Origin: Bacteroidota bacterium
Lineage (GTDB): Bacteria; Bacteroidota; Ignavibacteria; UBA10030; SZUA-254
Assembly (NCBI GenBank): GCA_049515655.1
Contig: JBEKTW010000007.1
Coordinates: forward strand, 64,648-128,647
DNA length: 64,000 nt
Reading direction: 5' to 3'
Numbering within the stretch: the stretch's first letter is position 1; every line of letters begins with the position of its first letter. Shown piece after piece: positions 1 through 9,460 of the stretch. The notes beneath the pieces are model-generated. The model worked only from the letters and a program-made list of their open reading frames with translations. It did not search any database and was not told the DNA's origin. A program made the translations under genes and the position numbers.

Positions 1-41
1 TCACCGGACGCTTCCCCTGCGATTATCATAATTCGCATGAG

Positions 42-623
42 TTATCCCCGGATGCACCACAGTGCAATCACCACCGCCGTCAGCAACGTGATCGCCTGCA
101 GTGTGCGTTTCTCCGAGATGAACCCACGCCTCCAATCGATCTCCGGCTGAGGGTTGTTTTCAGCCGTGTATTTTTTTAGCGTCGGAACGAATTTTGGTAC
201 CGACCGGCAGTACCGTGCATATTCACCCTCGAACTTGACTGCAAGATGTTGCTCTTCGAGACTGACGATCATACAGTATTCCCAGGTAAAGAACACGAGA
301 GCCAAAACCGGCAGCCAGGGAAACAACGCGAACGACATGATGCCGAAACCGACATACACGATAATGTTGCCGAGGTAGAGTGGATTCCGCACGTAGGCAA
401 ACGGTCCCGTCGTAATGAGGAATGTGCCACCGACACGGTCGGTCGTGCGTGTTTCACTGCCTGCAATGGCGACACCCCATAACCTCAGGAACTCTCCGGC
501 GAGAACAGCCGCCAATCCGGCAACAATGCTCTTCAACGACGGCTCCGCAAAAATCACCATCACGAGGAGAAACGGAAAAGGGATGTAACTTCGATACTGA
601 AATAGTCGTTCACGAATGTCCAT
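42..623 (-). CDS. ICMT/PEMT-family membrane methyltransferase
   Basis: 193-aa polytopic ORF. The C-terminal half carries the family signature GPFAYVRNPLYLG followed by EEQHL..FEGEYARY. Confidence 0.7.
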   Translation of the reverse strand: MDIRERLFQYRSYIPFPFLLVMVIFAEPSLKSIVAGLAAVLAGEFLRLWGVAIAGSETRTTDRVGGTFLITTGPFAYVRNPLYLGNIIVYVGFGIMSFALFPWLPVLALVFFTWEYCMIVSLEEQHLAVKFEGEYARYCRSVPKFVPTLKKYTAENNPQPEIDWRRGFISEKRTLQAITLLTAVVIALWCIRG

Positions 624-635
624 AGTGCCACGACA

Positions 636-1409
636 TTATTCACCCATGAAAACTTCGCGGCGTGCAAGCTCAGCCCGACGTCGCTTTCGGAAACCGAGGC
701 GATTCGCATGAGTTCCATGAGCGGCGAGCAACTCCTCGAAACGTTGCCTGATTTCGCCAAATGTCCGGTACTCGAAATACGGGATATTCTCCTGACGACA
801 GTGCTTCAACAATTCATCCTTAGCGAACACGATATCGGCATACCGCGCCGGGCATCGGTCGGAATATCCTTCGCCGATGTAGACGAGCACGTCGTCATCG
901 CCCGTGAGACTAAGCATATGATTGCGTTTACAGCAGGCGCATCGGTCGCAGACTTCGTCCGTGTGGGGAAACGACGGAACGAGTCGGATATTTGGCGAAC
1001 CTTCCTCGGGAACCAGGTCGAGCGTGTTTGCAAAAAATGGAACATGACCGAGACTGTGACGCTTGAGTATCCGTTGAATGTAGTAGTCCATTCCATCGCT
1101 CACGATCGTGCATGTAAAACCTTTCGCACGGCAAAAATCGATGAATGAAGCAAACGCTGAGTCAATTTCCCGGGAATCGAGAAACGCATCCAGGTCGGTC
1201 TTGTCGACCAGACCGCACGCATTCGACTCACGACGAAAACACTCTATCGCCGAAAGCCTTTCTTCACGGTAGAGTCGAATGAATTCCAGACACTTCTTGC
1301 CTCCGAACGTCTCAAACAGGGCGTCGCCAACGTCTTCATGGGTGATGGTGCCGTCGAAATCAATGAAGATCTTGATCTTTGACGGGGATGTCGTTGTTCC
1401 ATGGTTCAA
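636..1409 (-). CDS. HAD-IB phosphatase, MtnX-like
   Basis: 257 aa. HAD motif I FIDFDGTIT, motif IV GEGYSD, and Cys cluster CDRCACCK as in MtnX-type enzymes. Confidence 0.6.
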   Translation of the reverse strand: MNHGTTTSPSKIKIFIDFDGTITHEDVGDALFETFGGKKCLEFIRLYREERLSAIECFRRESNACGLVDKTDLDAFLDSREIDSAFASFIDFCRAKGFTCTIVSDGMDYYIQRILKRHSLGHVPFFANTLDLVPEEGSPNIRLVPSFPHTDEVCDRCACCKRNHMLSLTGDDDVLVYIGEGYSDRCPARYADIVFAKDELLKHCRQENIPYFEYRTFGEIRQRFEELLAAHGTHANRLGFRKRRRAELARREVFMGE

Positions 1410-1411
1410 CG

Positions 1412-4400
1412 CTACAACCCGCTGGTGACTGTCGCAGACTGGACGCGGGCTTCTTCGTTGAAGCGAACGGTGACGATTTTGGACACACCCTCTTCTTCCA
1501 TCGTGACACCGTACAATGCCTGGGCCGATTCCATCGTCCGCTTATTGTGGGTGACGACGATAAACTGCGTGTTATTTGAAAACTTTTTCAGAATCCGCGT
1601 GAACCGATCAATGTTTGAATCGTCGAGCGGCGCGTCCACTTCGTCGAGGATGCAAAATGGGCTCGGTTTGACGAGGTAGATCGCGAAGAGCAACGCAATC
1701 GCCGTCAGTGTTTTTTCGCCGCCCGAGAGAAGGTCGATCGAGGTGGGGCGTTTGCCCCGCGGTTTGGCGATGATCTCAATGTTTGCTTCGAGCGGGTCGA
1801 CGCCTTCTTCGAGTTTCAGATCGCATTCGTCGCCTTCCTGGAACAATTCTTTGAAAGTTTTAATGAAGTTCTCACGAATTTTTGTGAATGTCTCCAAAAA
1901 TTTCCTTTGTGCGGTGTTGTTGATTTCCTCGATGGTGTTGAGGAGCGTTTTTTCCGCCTCGATGAGGTCGTCGCGCTGCTGCGTCAGAAACGTGTAGCGT
2001 TCGCTTTCCGATTTGAATTCATCGAACGCGGCAAAATTGATGGCGCCGAGCGTACGGATTCGTTCCTCAAGGCTCTTCACTTCATCGCGCAACTGGGCGA
2101 AGTCGACCCATTCATCTTCGGCGTATGTCTTGAGCTGAAGGTCGATTTTAAATTCCTCCATTGCCCGCAGTTTCAGATGCTCCATGTTCGACTTCAGTTC
2201 CGAAATCTTCATCTCGAGATCGTGAACCGCGGAGAGGGACGAATCATGCATCCTTCTTTCGTCCTTGATCGTTAACTCTATGCGATGGAGATCATTGCGC
2301 TTGGTCGTGTACCCGTTCTCGATTTCCTGTCTTCGCTGCTCTTGTGTATCGAATTCGTTTTGAAGTGCGCCTAATTCTCTCGTCTGCGTTTCAACGTCGG
2401 CGCTCAGGCGTGAGATTTCTTCGCTTGCCCATGTGATTTCTTCGTCGCGGCGGGCGAGAGTAGTGTGGATGTCCGATAGCGTGGCAACGGCCCGCTCAAT
2501 ATCGCGCTCGGTGTTGCGCGCATCGCTCTGCGATCTCACTACTTTGATTTCAAGCTCGTTGACGACCTTCGTCTTTTCCGTCAGATGGAATTCCGCCGCT
2601 TCCAGCTGGTGAACGGCGACGGCGGACTGAGCGTCGGAGTCTGATTTGCGTTGCTCAAGTCCGCGCAGCTCAAGCACAACAGCGGAGTGCTCGTGCTGAA
2701 GTCCTTCAACCTCATTCTCGAGAATTCCCTTTTCCTGGAGGTTACGGTCGATACCGTCCTGTGCGCGCTTCTTCTCGAATTCTACCTGAGCGATCCGCAT
2801 TTCTATCGTGGTCATTTCTTTCTCGATAGCTTTAACGGCAGCCACGTAGGGTTGCATGTCGCGGGCATCGTACGTTTGGACGGCCGTGGTGTATTGCGCG
2901 TTAAGAGTGTTGAGTTCGCTTTGCAGCCGCTCGATTTCTTGTTCGATGATCGCGATCTGATCCTCTTTTCCGATCCAACCGACTTCGTCGGGGCGCTGAC
3001 CGCCGCCGCGCATCAATCCGGCACTTGTTACCATCTGACCGTCCTGCGTCACGCAGCAGACCTGCGTCATCGAGCGAAGAATGGCTTCTGCTTCCTGGAG
3101 TGTTTTTACGAGAATGATGTCCTTCAGGAGGAACTCGACTAGGTTGCGATACGGGGCGGGAGCTTCGACGACGGCGGCTGCCCAGGTAAGACCCCGGGCC
3201 TTCTTCGAAGAGCGTCGAACTTTCGGAATACGCGGTAGACAAATAAACGTCGCTTTGCCCTTGTCTTGTTTTCTCAGCTCTTCGATTGCGGCAAACGCGT
3301 CTTCCTCTCGTGGAGCAACGAGGAACGAGGCGATTTCGCCCAACACCGATTCGACGGCAACGCGATAGAGCTCAGGGACCTTGACGACATCGGCAACGGC
3401 AACGAGTTTCTTCTTCTTCCAATTTTCACCGGAGAGGAGGTACTTTGCCGCTTCCGAAAACCCTTCGTTGCTGACAATCAATCCACGGAGAAAAACGACT
3501 TTTTCTTTTCTCCGTTGAATCTCATTCCTCGCCTCGAGAATTTTCTTCTGCAGTCGGTCGATCTCGTCTTTTAACTGCTTTTTCGAATTCTCCTGCTCGA
3601 ACATCTGCATTTCCGATTCAACATACCGGCGTCGAAGTTCCCTGTCTTCGTTCGTCAGTTGCGCGACGAGCTCCTCATTTTTCTGAATGTCGACTTGGTA
3701 CAACTGGATTTCCTCGGCCGAACGTTCAATCCGCCCTTTCAAATTATCGATCCGTGCCTTGAGCCGTTCCTGCTCGCCACGCTTCTCGACCGTTGCGTGA
3801 GCGAGGCCGAGAAGAGCGTCATTGAGAGATTGTACGCGGGACCGTGTTGTTTCGACCTGTTTAGCAGCCTCGAGATAGTATTGTTTCGACAGTTCATACA
3901 GGGCCTGCGATTCTTGCACCTCGCGTCCAAGCTGTTCCTGCCGCCCCTGCAGGGCTGCGCGTTCCTGTTCAAGCTTTTCCTTCTGCGCGAAGAGAGCGGT
4001 CTTTTCCTGTTCGTACCGCTCGAGGTTGTTTTGGAGAGAAGCCCTGCGCTCTTTGGCAATCAGGATCTGGTCTTCATGGAAATGGAGTGTTTCTCGTTGT
4101 TTTTCGAGGACGGCATTTGCCTCCGATAATTCTCGCTCTGTTTCATTGAGAGCAGAACGCAATCGATCGAGCTGGTCTTCCTCGAGCTGTAGTGTCTCAT
4201 CGATCTTGGTTTTGTCGGAAGCAGCAAGCCCATATTTCTGTTCAAGCGGCTGTAAGCGTGTGTGAATGTACGCGTATTCGCGTTCCAGAAGGTCGACCTG
4301 GAGTGTCTTCAACCGTTGGGAGACATCGTTGTACTGTTCTGCCTTTTTTGCCTGGCGTTCCAGTGAATTGACGGTTTTCTGAACTTCCTTCACGATGTCG

Positions 4401-4975
4401 TTGACCCGCACGAGATCCTGCTGAACGCTTTCGAGTTTCCGGATGGCTGCTTTTCTACGGAACTTGTACTTGGTGACGCCCGCGGCTTCTTCAAAGAGTC
4501 TTCTCCGTTCGTCGGTCTTGTCGCTGAGGATCGTCTCCACCATTTTCAGCTCAATGACGGAATAAGCATCGGCGCCCATGCCGGTATCCATGAACAGATC
4601 CAGGATGTCCTTCAGGCGGCAGGGGACCTTGTTCAGGAGATATTCGCTTTCACCCGAGCGGAAGACCCTACGCGTGATGGTCACTTCAGAGTACTCCGTC
4701 GGCAGGATGCCCTTGGTGTTTTGTATTGTCAGTGAAACTTCCGCCAGGCCGAGGGGCTTGCGGCTTTTTGTGCCGTTGAAAATCACGTCTTCCATCGTAT
4801 CGCTGCGGAGCGTACTGTACCGCTGTTCGCCCAGCGCCCATCGGATCGCGTCGACGATATTCGTCTTCCCGCAGCCGTTCGGACCGACAATCGCCGTCAC
4901 GCCGGCATCGTACTTCAGAATGACGCGCTGCGCGAACGACTTAAATCCGATAATTTCAAGATTTGACAGATACAT
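1412..4975 (-). CDS. smc: chromosome segregation ATPase SMC
   Basis: 1187 aa. Walker A GPNGCGKTN, long coiled coils with a central hinge, C-terminal LSGGEKTLTAIALLFA signature and ILDEVDAPLD Walker B. Confidence 0.95.
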   Translation of the reverse strand: MYLSNLEIIGFKSFAQRVILKYDAGVTAIVGPNGCGKTNIVDAIRWALGEQRYSTLRSDTMEDVIFNGTKSRKPLGLAEVSLTIQNTKGILPTEYSEVTITRRVFRSGESEYLLNKVPCRLKDILDLFMDTGMGADAYSVIELKMVETILSDKTDERRRLFEEAAGVTKYKFRRKAAIRKLESVQQDLVRVNDIVKEVQKTVNSLERQAKKAEQYNDVSQRLKTLQVDLLEREYAYIHTRLQPLEQKYGLAASDKTKIDETLQLEEDQLDRLRSALNETERELSEANAVLEKQRETLHFHEDQILIAKERRASLQNNLERYEQEKTALFAQKEKLEQERAALQGRQEQLGREVQESQALYELSKQYYLEAAKQVETTRSRVQSLNDALLGLAHATVEKRGEQERLKARIDNLKGRIERSAEEIQLYQVDIQKNEELVAQLTNEDRELRRRYVESEMQMFEQENSKKQLKDEIDRLQKKILEARNEIQRRKEKVVFLRGLIVSNEGFSEAAKYLLSGENWKKKKLVAVADVVKVPELYRVAVESVLGEIASFLVAPREEDAFAAIEELRKQDKGKATFICLPRIPKVRRSSKKARGLTWAAAVVEAPAPYRNLVEFLLKDIILVKTLQEAEAILRSMTQVCCVTQDGQMVTSAGLMRGGGQRPDEVGWIGKEDQIAIIEQEIERLQSELNTLNAQYTTAVQTYDARDMQPYVAAVKAIEKEMTTIEMRIAQVEFEKKRAQDGIDRNLQEKGILENEVEGLQHEHSAVVLELRGLEQRKSDSDAQSAVAVHQLEAAEFHLTEKTKVVNELEIKVVRSQSDARNTERDIERAVATLSDIHTTLARRDEEITWASEEISRLSADVETQTRELGALQNEFDTQEQRRQEIENGYTTKRNDLHRIELTIKDERRMHDSSLSAVHDLEMKISELKSNMEHLKLRAMEEFKIDLQLKTYAEDEWVDFAQLRDEVKSLEERIRTLGAINFAAFDEFKSESERYTFLTQQRDDLIEAEKTLLNTIEEINNTAQRKFLETFTKIRENFIKTFKELFQEGDECDLKLEEGVDPLEANIEIIAKPRGKRPTSIDLLSGGEKTLTAIALLFAIYLVKPSPFCILDEVDAPLDDSNIDRFTRILKKFSNNTQFIVVTHNKRTMESAQALYGVTMEEEGVSKIVTVRFNEEARVQSATVTSGL

Positions 4976-4984
4976 GGCGTTCCT

Positions 4985-7561
4985 TTACATGGAGGCATGG
5001 GCAGATTGAAAAAGATATCTTAGGTACACAGATGTCGACCGCGTATAATCGAAGTACCCGTACACCGCGGCTGCGCAAACGAGAACCAACAAGATTCCTA
5101 CCGCATAAACCTTCAACGGAAACACGTCGTAGATGATTGACACTCCTTTGAGCAATCTCATGAAGACCCAGACGTTCATGAGAATCAGCAGAACGGCCAC
5201 CGGAAAAACGTACATTTCGCTTTCCATGATGCGGTAGAGGATCATGGCAAGCGGAATGAGGATGACATACGGCAACATGGACCATATCGTGATGGAAACC
5301 GCGTGATAAAAGTAGACATGTGTCCGCACGATCATGGCAAGCAATTTTACCAATGCGATCAAGACGAGAATTTTCAACAAGACAAGTCCGGAAATGATAA
5401 GAATGAACATTGTCGGATGCCAGACCAGTTGAACGAACCAGGCCTTAAGATTGTCGTTCATGAACTGACTGAGAATGTTGTCCCAGAGGACATTTTCCCG
5501 GTAATGGGAGAAAATGCTTGAGAGTATGATTCCCCATGTCACCGATATGACGACCGCCAGGAAAAGAGAATGTGTGGTGGCAATGACCCTCTGGTCGCGC
5601 ACATCCGCAAAAAAATTGTACGTTCGGAAAAGCGACCGGTTGACACACTCCCGGAACCGGCGATTACTGTTGTACAAAAATGCAAATGACAGCAACACCA
5701 CAAGCCCTGCGAGTACATAGGAGATCGGCGCGCTGGGTGCGTAATTGCCGACGGGAAGCGCCTGCAATTTCTCTCCGTTGAAGAGCGCGCGTGTAACTTC
5801 AAACGCAGGACGCTTCTCGCGTTCGTAGCTTACAATTCCAATTGATTGAAGATACGGGTCGGTCGCATGCGTCGTGAGGGCGGGTCGGTCGTCGCGCCAA
5901 TCACTGAACGACCAGAGAACACTGCCGGCGACTCTTGAATCCTTCATTGCCTCGTAGAATTGCATGACGGTCCGGGCCTGAGCTTCCATCGAGTTAGGGT
6001 CGCTGTACCCGTTTCGATTATCCGGTTCGATGTTCCTGCCGTATCTACCGACGACAATCGGCTTGTCCGGGTACCGTGATTGACTCTGCTTCAGGAATTC
6101 CCGGAACTCCTTCGCGTCGTCGCTATAGGTGTTGAGGACGACGAGATCGACATACTCAAAACAACGGTCGTGCAGATTGTTCGTCGCAAAGTAGACATAC
6201 CGGTCGTCTGCGGATTTGATAGCGTTCCTCGCGTTGTTGACGTAATCGCACGCCGAAGAGGATGTTTGCTCAAACTCGTTTCCGATTCCCCATGCCGCTA
6301 CTGACACGTGATGCTTGTCGCGGCTGACCATTTCCTTGATGTAATTCAGCGCCTCGTCCTGAAAATACTCCTTCGATAAAATTTCCGCCGGGACGCCAGC
6401 CAGAGGTATTTCCTCCATCACGAGAAGCCCGTACCGGTCGCACAGGTTTAACATGTAGGGATGAGGAGGATAAAGAAAACGGACAAGATTCGCGCCAAGG
6501 GATTTTACCATCGCGATGTCACGCTCCATCGCATCGTACGTCATCGCCGACCCAAAACTCGGGTGGTCTTCGTGCCACAAGATTCCTTTAAGGGGCGTGA
6601 GCGTATTGTTGACGTAGAGTTTGCCGTCTCCCCACCGCAGGTCGCGCACGCCGATATCAAAATCATACTCATCGAGCAAGGTGACTTCCTTGTTCATGAC
6701 CCGCACGATCCTGCACTTCAGAACATACAGATCGGGAATCTCCGGTGACCAGAGTTTCAGGGTGCCGATAGAGACCTGCCCGTTCACGGGAACAGACTTG
6801 TTCGGCTGGGGTACGAACGGAACGATTCCGCCCTGACCGGTGAGATTGCCGCTCAACTTATCGAAGGCTTCAACCTGGAAGCCGATAAATGAATTTGCCT
6901 CGGCCTTGATTCCGGAACCGCGGTCCGTAATCTCCGCGTGAACGCTGACGGTCGCCGCCGACCGGTCGGCGGATAAATTGGTTCTCGCTTCCGCCAGCTC
7001 AACATACAATTTCGGCGTTGCAAGGAAGTAAATGTCGCGGAAGATTCCGCCGTATGTTCTCCATGCGCCCACATGCTGGTGCAGCGGAAGTGTCGTCCTC
7101 GGCGTCAGCTCATTATCGACGGAAATCTGAATGGTGTTTTCCTTCCCCACCTGCAATGTATTCTGGGGGATGGGCTGCACGAAGGAAGAGTATCCGCCGG
7201 TATGACGACCGACGAAGTTTCCGTTAATGGTCACCTCGCTCTGGTAATTGATGCCGTAAGCGACTACCGAGAAGGAAAACCTATCGAGCATTTCGGACGT
7301 GATATTGAACGTCCGTCGAAAGCTGACTTTGCCGGTCCAATCATACGCACTGGGCACGGTCACCGTGCGCCATTCTTTCCCGTCGGTTGAATAATGCCAC
7401 TCGCCGGAAAGGTCAATTTTGGTCCTTGTCGGTGTGTCGGCAAACAGACCGGCATCTGGTCCGGTTCGAGTGGCCTGACCATTCTCAAAGAATCTTACCT
7501 GCGAAAATCCCGCTGTGGAAAGGAGGGTGAAAATCAGCGCGGCGTGAGAAAACCTGCGCAA
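4985..7561 (-). CDS. secreted glycoside hydrolase family 2-like enzyme fused to a C-terminal polytopic membrane domain
   Basis: 858 aa. Signal peptide MRRFSHAALIFTLLSTAGFSQ; GH2-like N-terminal sugar-binding, Ig and TIM-barrel order with WHEDHP and WGIGNEFE (acid/base-type NE). The last ~270 aa (nt 4988-5794) contain about 6 hydrophobic helices. Confidence 0.7.
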   Translation of the reverse strand: MRRFSHAALIFTLLSTAGFSQVRFFENGQATRTGPDAGLFADTPTRTKIDLSGEWHYSTDGKEWRTVTVPSAYDWTGKVSFRRTFNITSEMLDRFSFSVVAYGINYQSEVTINGNFVGRHTGGYSSFVQPIPQNTLQVGKENTIQISVDNELTPRTTLPLHQHVGAWRTYGGIFRDIYFLATPKLYVELAEARTNLSADRSAATVSVHAEITDRGSGIKAEANSFIGFQVEAFDKLSGNLTGQGGIVPFVPQPNKSVPVNGQVSIGTLKLWSPEIPDLYVLKCRIVRVMNKEVTLLDEYDFDIGVRDLRWGDGKLYVNNTLTPLKGILWHEDHPSFGSAMTYDAMERDIAMVKSLGANLVRFLYPPHPYMLNLCDRYGLLVMEEIPLAGVPAEILSKEYFQDEALNYIKEMVSRDKHHVSVAAWGIGNEFEQTSSSACDYVNNARNAIKSADDRYVYFATNNLHDRCFEYVDLVVLNTYSDDAKEFREFLKQSQSRYPDKPIVVGRYGRNIEPDNRNGYSDPNSMEAQARTVMQFYEAMKDSRVAGSVLWSFSDWRDDRPALTTHATDPYLQSIGIVSYEREKRPAFEVTRALFNGEKLQALPVGNYAPSAPISYVLAGLVVLLSFAFLYNSNRRFRECVNRSLFRTYNFFADVRDQRVIATTHSLFLAVVISVTWGIILSSIFSHYRENVLWDNILSQFMNDNLKAWFVQLVWHPTMFILIISGLVLLKILVLIALVKLLAMIVRTHVYFYHAVSITIWSMLPYVILIPLAMILYRIMESEMYVFPVAVLLILMNVWVFMRLLKGVSIIYDVFPLKVYAVGILLVLVCAAAVYGYFDYTRSTSVYLRYLFQSAHASM

Positions 7562-7813
7562 TGCGCGTCTATATGAGTTGATATCGATATCTATGAGTCT
7601 CTGACTCTTATCAGGTATCTAATTTGGCCCCAAAAAGGCAATTTCCCTGTTAAATATAACAAAAACCGAAGCGGAAAGCAATGAAAATATGAAGAATATG
7701 AAGAAAATCTTGAGGGAAGGCACCGTTTCCCCTCGATCCATAGGGGGAATGGTCTGGCAATTGGCCGAGGAGCCGGGCGCTTTGCCGGCCACCCTATCCC
7801 GAAAGCGGGAATC

Positions 7814-7846
7814 AACCTTACGAAGGCTGCAAACCTTCGTAAGGTT
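7814..7846 (-). terminator. 13-bp stem hairpin immediately after the tpiA stop (terminator-like, no clear U-tract)
   Basis: AACCTTACGAAGG (7814-7826) pairs perfectly with CCTTCGTAAGGTT (7834-7846); 7-nt loop. Confidence 0.5.
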
Positions 7847-7853
7847 TCCCATT

Positions 7854-8624
7854 TCAGGAACGAGCCTCCACCGCCGCCTGTACGATCCTGACAAACGCAT
7901 CCGCCTTCAAGCTCGCTCCGCCCACGAGTGCCCCGTCAATATCAGATTGTGAGAGCAGGTCCACTGCGTTTTTGTCGTTGACGCTTCCTCCGTATTGTAT
8001 GACGATTCTCTCCGCAATTGCCCAGGAATATAGCTGGCTGACGAGTTTCCGGATCAACTTGTGGACCTGATTCGCTTGGTCGGGCGTTGCGGTCTTGCCG
8101 GTCCCGATCGCCCACACCGGCTCATAGGCGATCACGCACTTTTCCATTTCTTCCGATGAAAGTTCGTTCAGCACGCCCTTCACCTCCGTGGTAATGATGC
8201 GGTCGGTGACGCCGCCTTCACGTTCTTCGAGAGTCTCGCCAACGCATACGATCGGCGTGAGCGAATTCTTCAGCGCTTGTTTCACCTTGATGTTGACCAG
8301 TTCGTTGGTCTCGCCAAAATACTGCCGGCGTTCAGAATGACCAAGGATGACATAGTCGCATCCTATTGCCCGGAGCATCTTCGCGGAAACTTCTCCCGTG
8401 TAGGCTCCTTCGTCATGCTGCGACATGTTCTGGGCGCCGAGCTTCATCGGTGAGTCGCTCATGAGCGACTTTGCGACGATGAGTGAAGTGAAGGGAGGGC
8501 AAATGATAACGCCGGCTTCCTTCTTGAAATCTTTCAGCCGCTCTTTGAGTTCGGTCACCAGCACGGCTGTTTCGTGAAAGTCCCTGTTCATTTTCCAGTT
8601 GCCGGCGATTAGTTTTTTTCGCAT
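7854..8624 (-). CDS. tpiA: triosephosphate isomerase
   Basis: 256 aa. N-terminal LIAGNWKMN, active-site region ILGHSERR and AYEPVWAIGTGKTA. Confidence 0.95.
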   Translation of the reverse strand: MRKKLIAGNWKMNRDFHETAVLVTELKERLKDFKKEAGVIICPPFTSLIVAKSLMSDSPMKLGAQNMSQHDEGAYTGEVSAKMLRAIGCDYVILGHSERRQYFGETNELVNIKVKQALKNSLTPIVCVGETLEEREGGVTDRIITTEVKGVLNELSSEEMEKCVIAYEPVWAIGTGKTATPDQANQVHKLIRKLVSQLYSWAIAERIVIQYGGSVNDKNAVDLLSQSDIDGALVGGASLKADAFVRIVQAAVEARS

Positions 8625-8766
8625 AGGAGTTAAGGTTATGAAATGTTGAGATTATGAGAAAATAAGATGTTGAGAAAATTGAGAAATTGAGAGAATTGAG
8701 ATGTTAAGGTTACTTAATGAACCGATTTCTTAGGCCATCTAGTGCCTTGTCTCGGGAATATATTGA

Positions 8767-9222
8767 TTAAGTCTTTCGGCTTTTTACCCTCACCCCCTTC
8801 CCCTCTCCCAAATTTGGGAGAGGGGAATTGAAGGGGAGAGGGTTGCAAATGACATCACGATCCAAGGACTTCTTGAAGCTATTTGAGTGACACGACACTA
8901 GCATGGCGATGATTTCATTTGTCCGGCAGTTCAAAGTCTCGTGAACCTCGGAGCTGATGTAGCCGTTCGAACAAGCAAAATCCGTGCAACCGATACATTC
9001 AAAACCAAACCGAATCGAGTAATCAAGGAACTTGGAGAATTCTTTTCCCGACGAGTTCCTGGCCCTTTCCGCAAGATTCAGCACGATTGAACCTGCTGCA
9101 CGGGTGAACTGATTGGTGAGCCCGAATATTTCTTGTCGCGGGAAACTCCCGGTGACTTTCCTTACAGCCTTAGTAAAATCAAGAGATTTCCGATAAACTT
9201 TTAGTTCCCTAAGTTTGTGCAC
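8767..9222 (-). CDS. four-helix-bundle protein (TIGR02436 / 23S rRNA intervening-sequence protein family), C-terminus read through a palindromic repeat
   Basis: GTG start. Shares the motif NLAE....S.KEFSKFLDYSIRFGFECIGC with the paralog at 10694-11047. The last ~35 aa (..NPLPFNSPLPNLGEGKGVRV..) are encoded by the REP-like element at 8786-8843. Confidence 0.8.
   Translation of the reverse strand: MHKLRELKVYRKSLDFTKAVRKVTGSFPRQEIFGLTNQFTRAAGSIVLNLAERARNSSGKEFSKFLDYSIRFGFECIGCTDFACSNGYISSEVHETLNCRTNEIIAMLVSCHSNSFKKSLDRDVICNPLPFNSPLPNLGEGKGVRVKSRKT
8786..8843. repeat. GC-rich palindromic REP/MITE-like element, copy R1
   Basis: ACCCTCACCCCCTTCCCCTCTCCC-AAATTT-GGGAGAGGGGAATTGAAGGGGAGAGGGT. Near-identical arms recur at 25833-25913. 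Confidence 0.8.
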
Positions 9223-9265
9223 GCTCGCCTGCTTCCTATCTCAACTACTCAACTATCTCGCCCCG

Positions 9266-9460
9266 GCAACTACCAGCCTTTCTCCACATGGCCACTACCT
9301 GTCCATCTCATGATCTCAACCGTGCCATTACCCGTCTATCTCACCGTTGCCACTACCCGCTTATCTCATCATCTCACCTCGGCCACTACCTGTCTTTCTC
9401 ACCATCGCCACTCCCCCCGTATCTTACCCTGCCACTACCCGTCTATCTCAACATCTCAAC
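9266..9460 (-). repeat. degenerate tandem array (~7 units of 24-33 nt, plus-strand unit GCCACTACCYGTCTATCTCA..)
   Basis: Units start at about 9266, 9291, 9324, 9349, 9382, 9407 and 9431. The last unit overlaps the final codons and TAG stop of sucC. Confidence 0.75.

Larger units (their letters stand above)
8625..9442 (-). mobile_element. four-helix-bundle gene cassette A (sucC|tpiA spacer) with complementary TGAGAT/ATCTCA word flanks
   Basis: Fills the whole spacer. 3' flank 8637-8716 is (T/A)TGAGA-rich on the plus strand; 5' flank 9266-9460 is ATCTCA-rich. TTGAGATGTT at 8696-8705 is the reverse complement of AACATCTCAA at 9450-9459. Confidence 0.6.
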
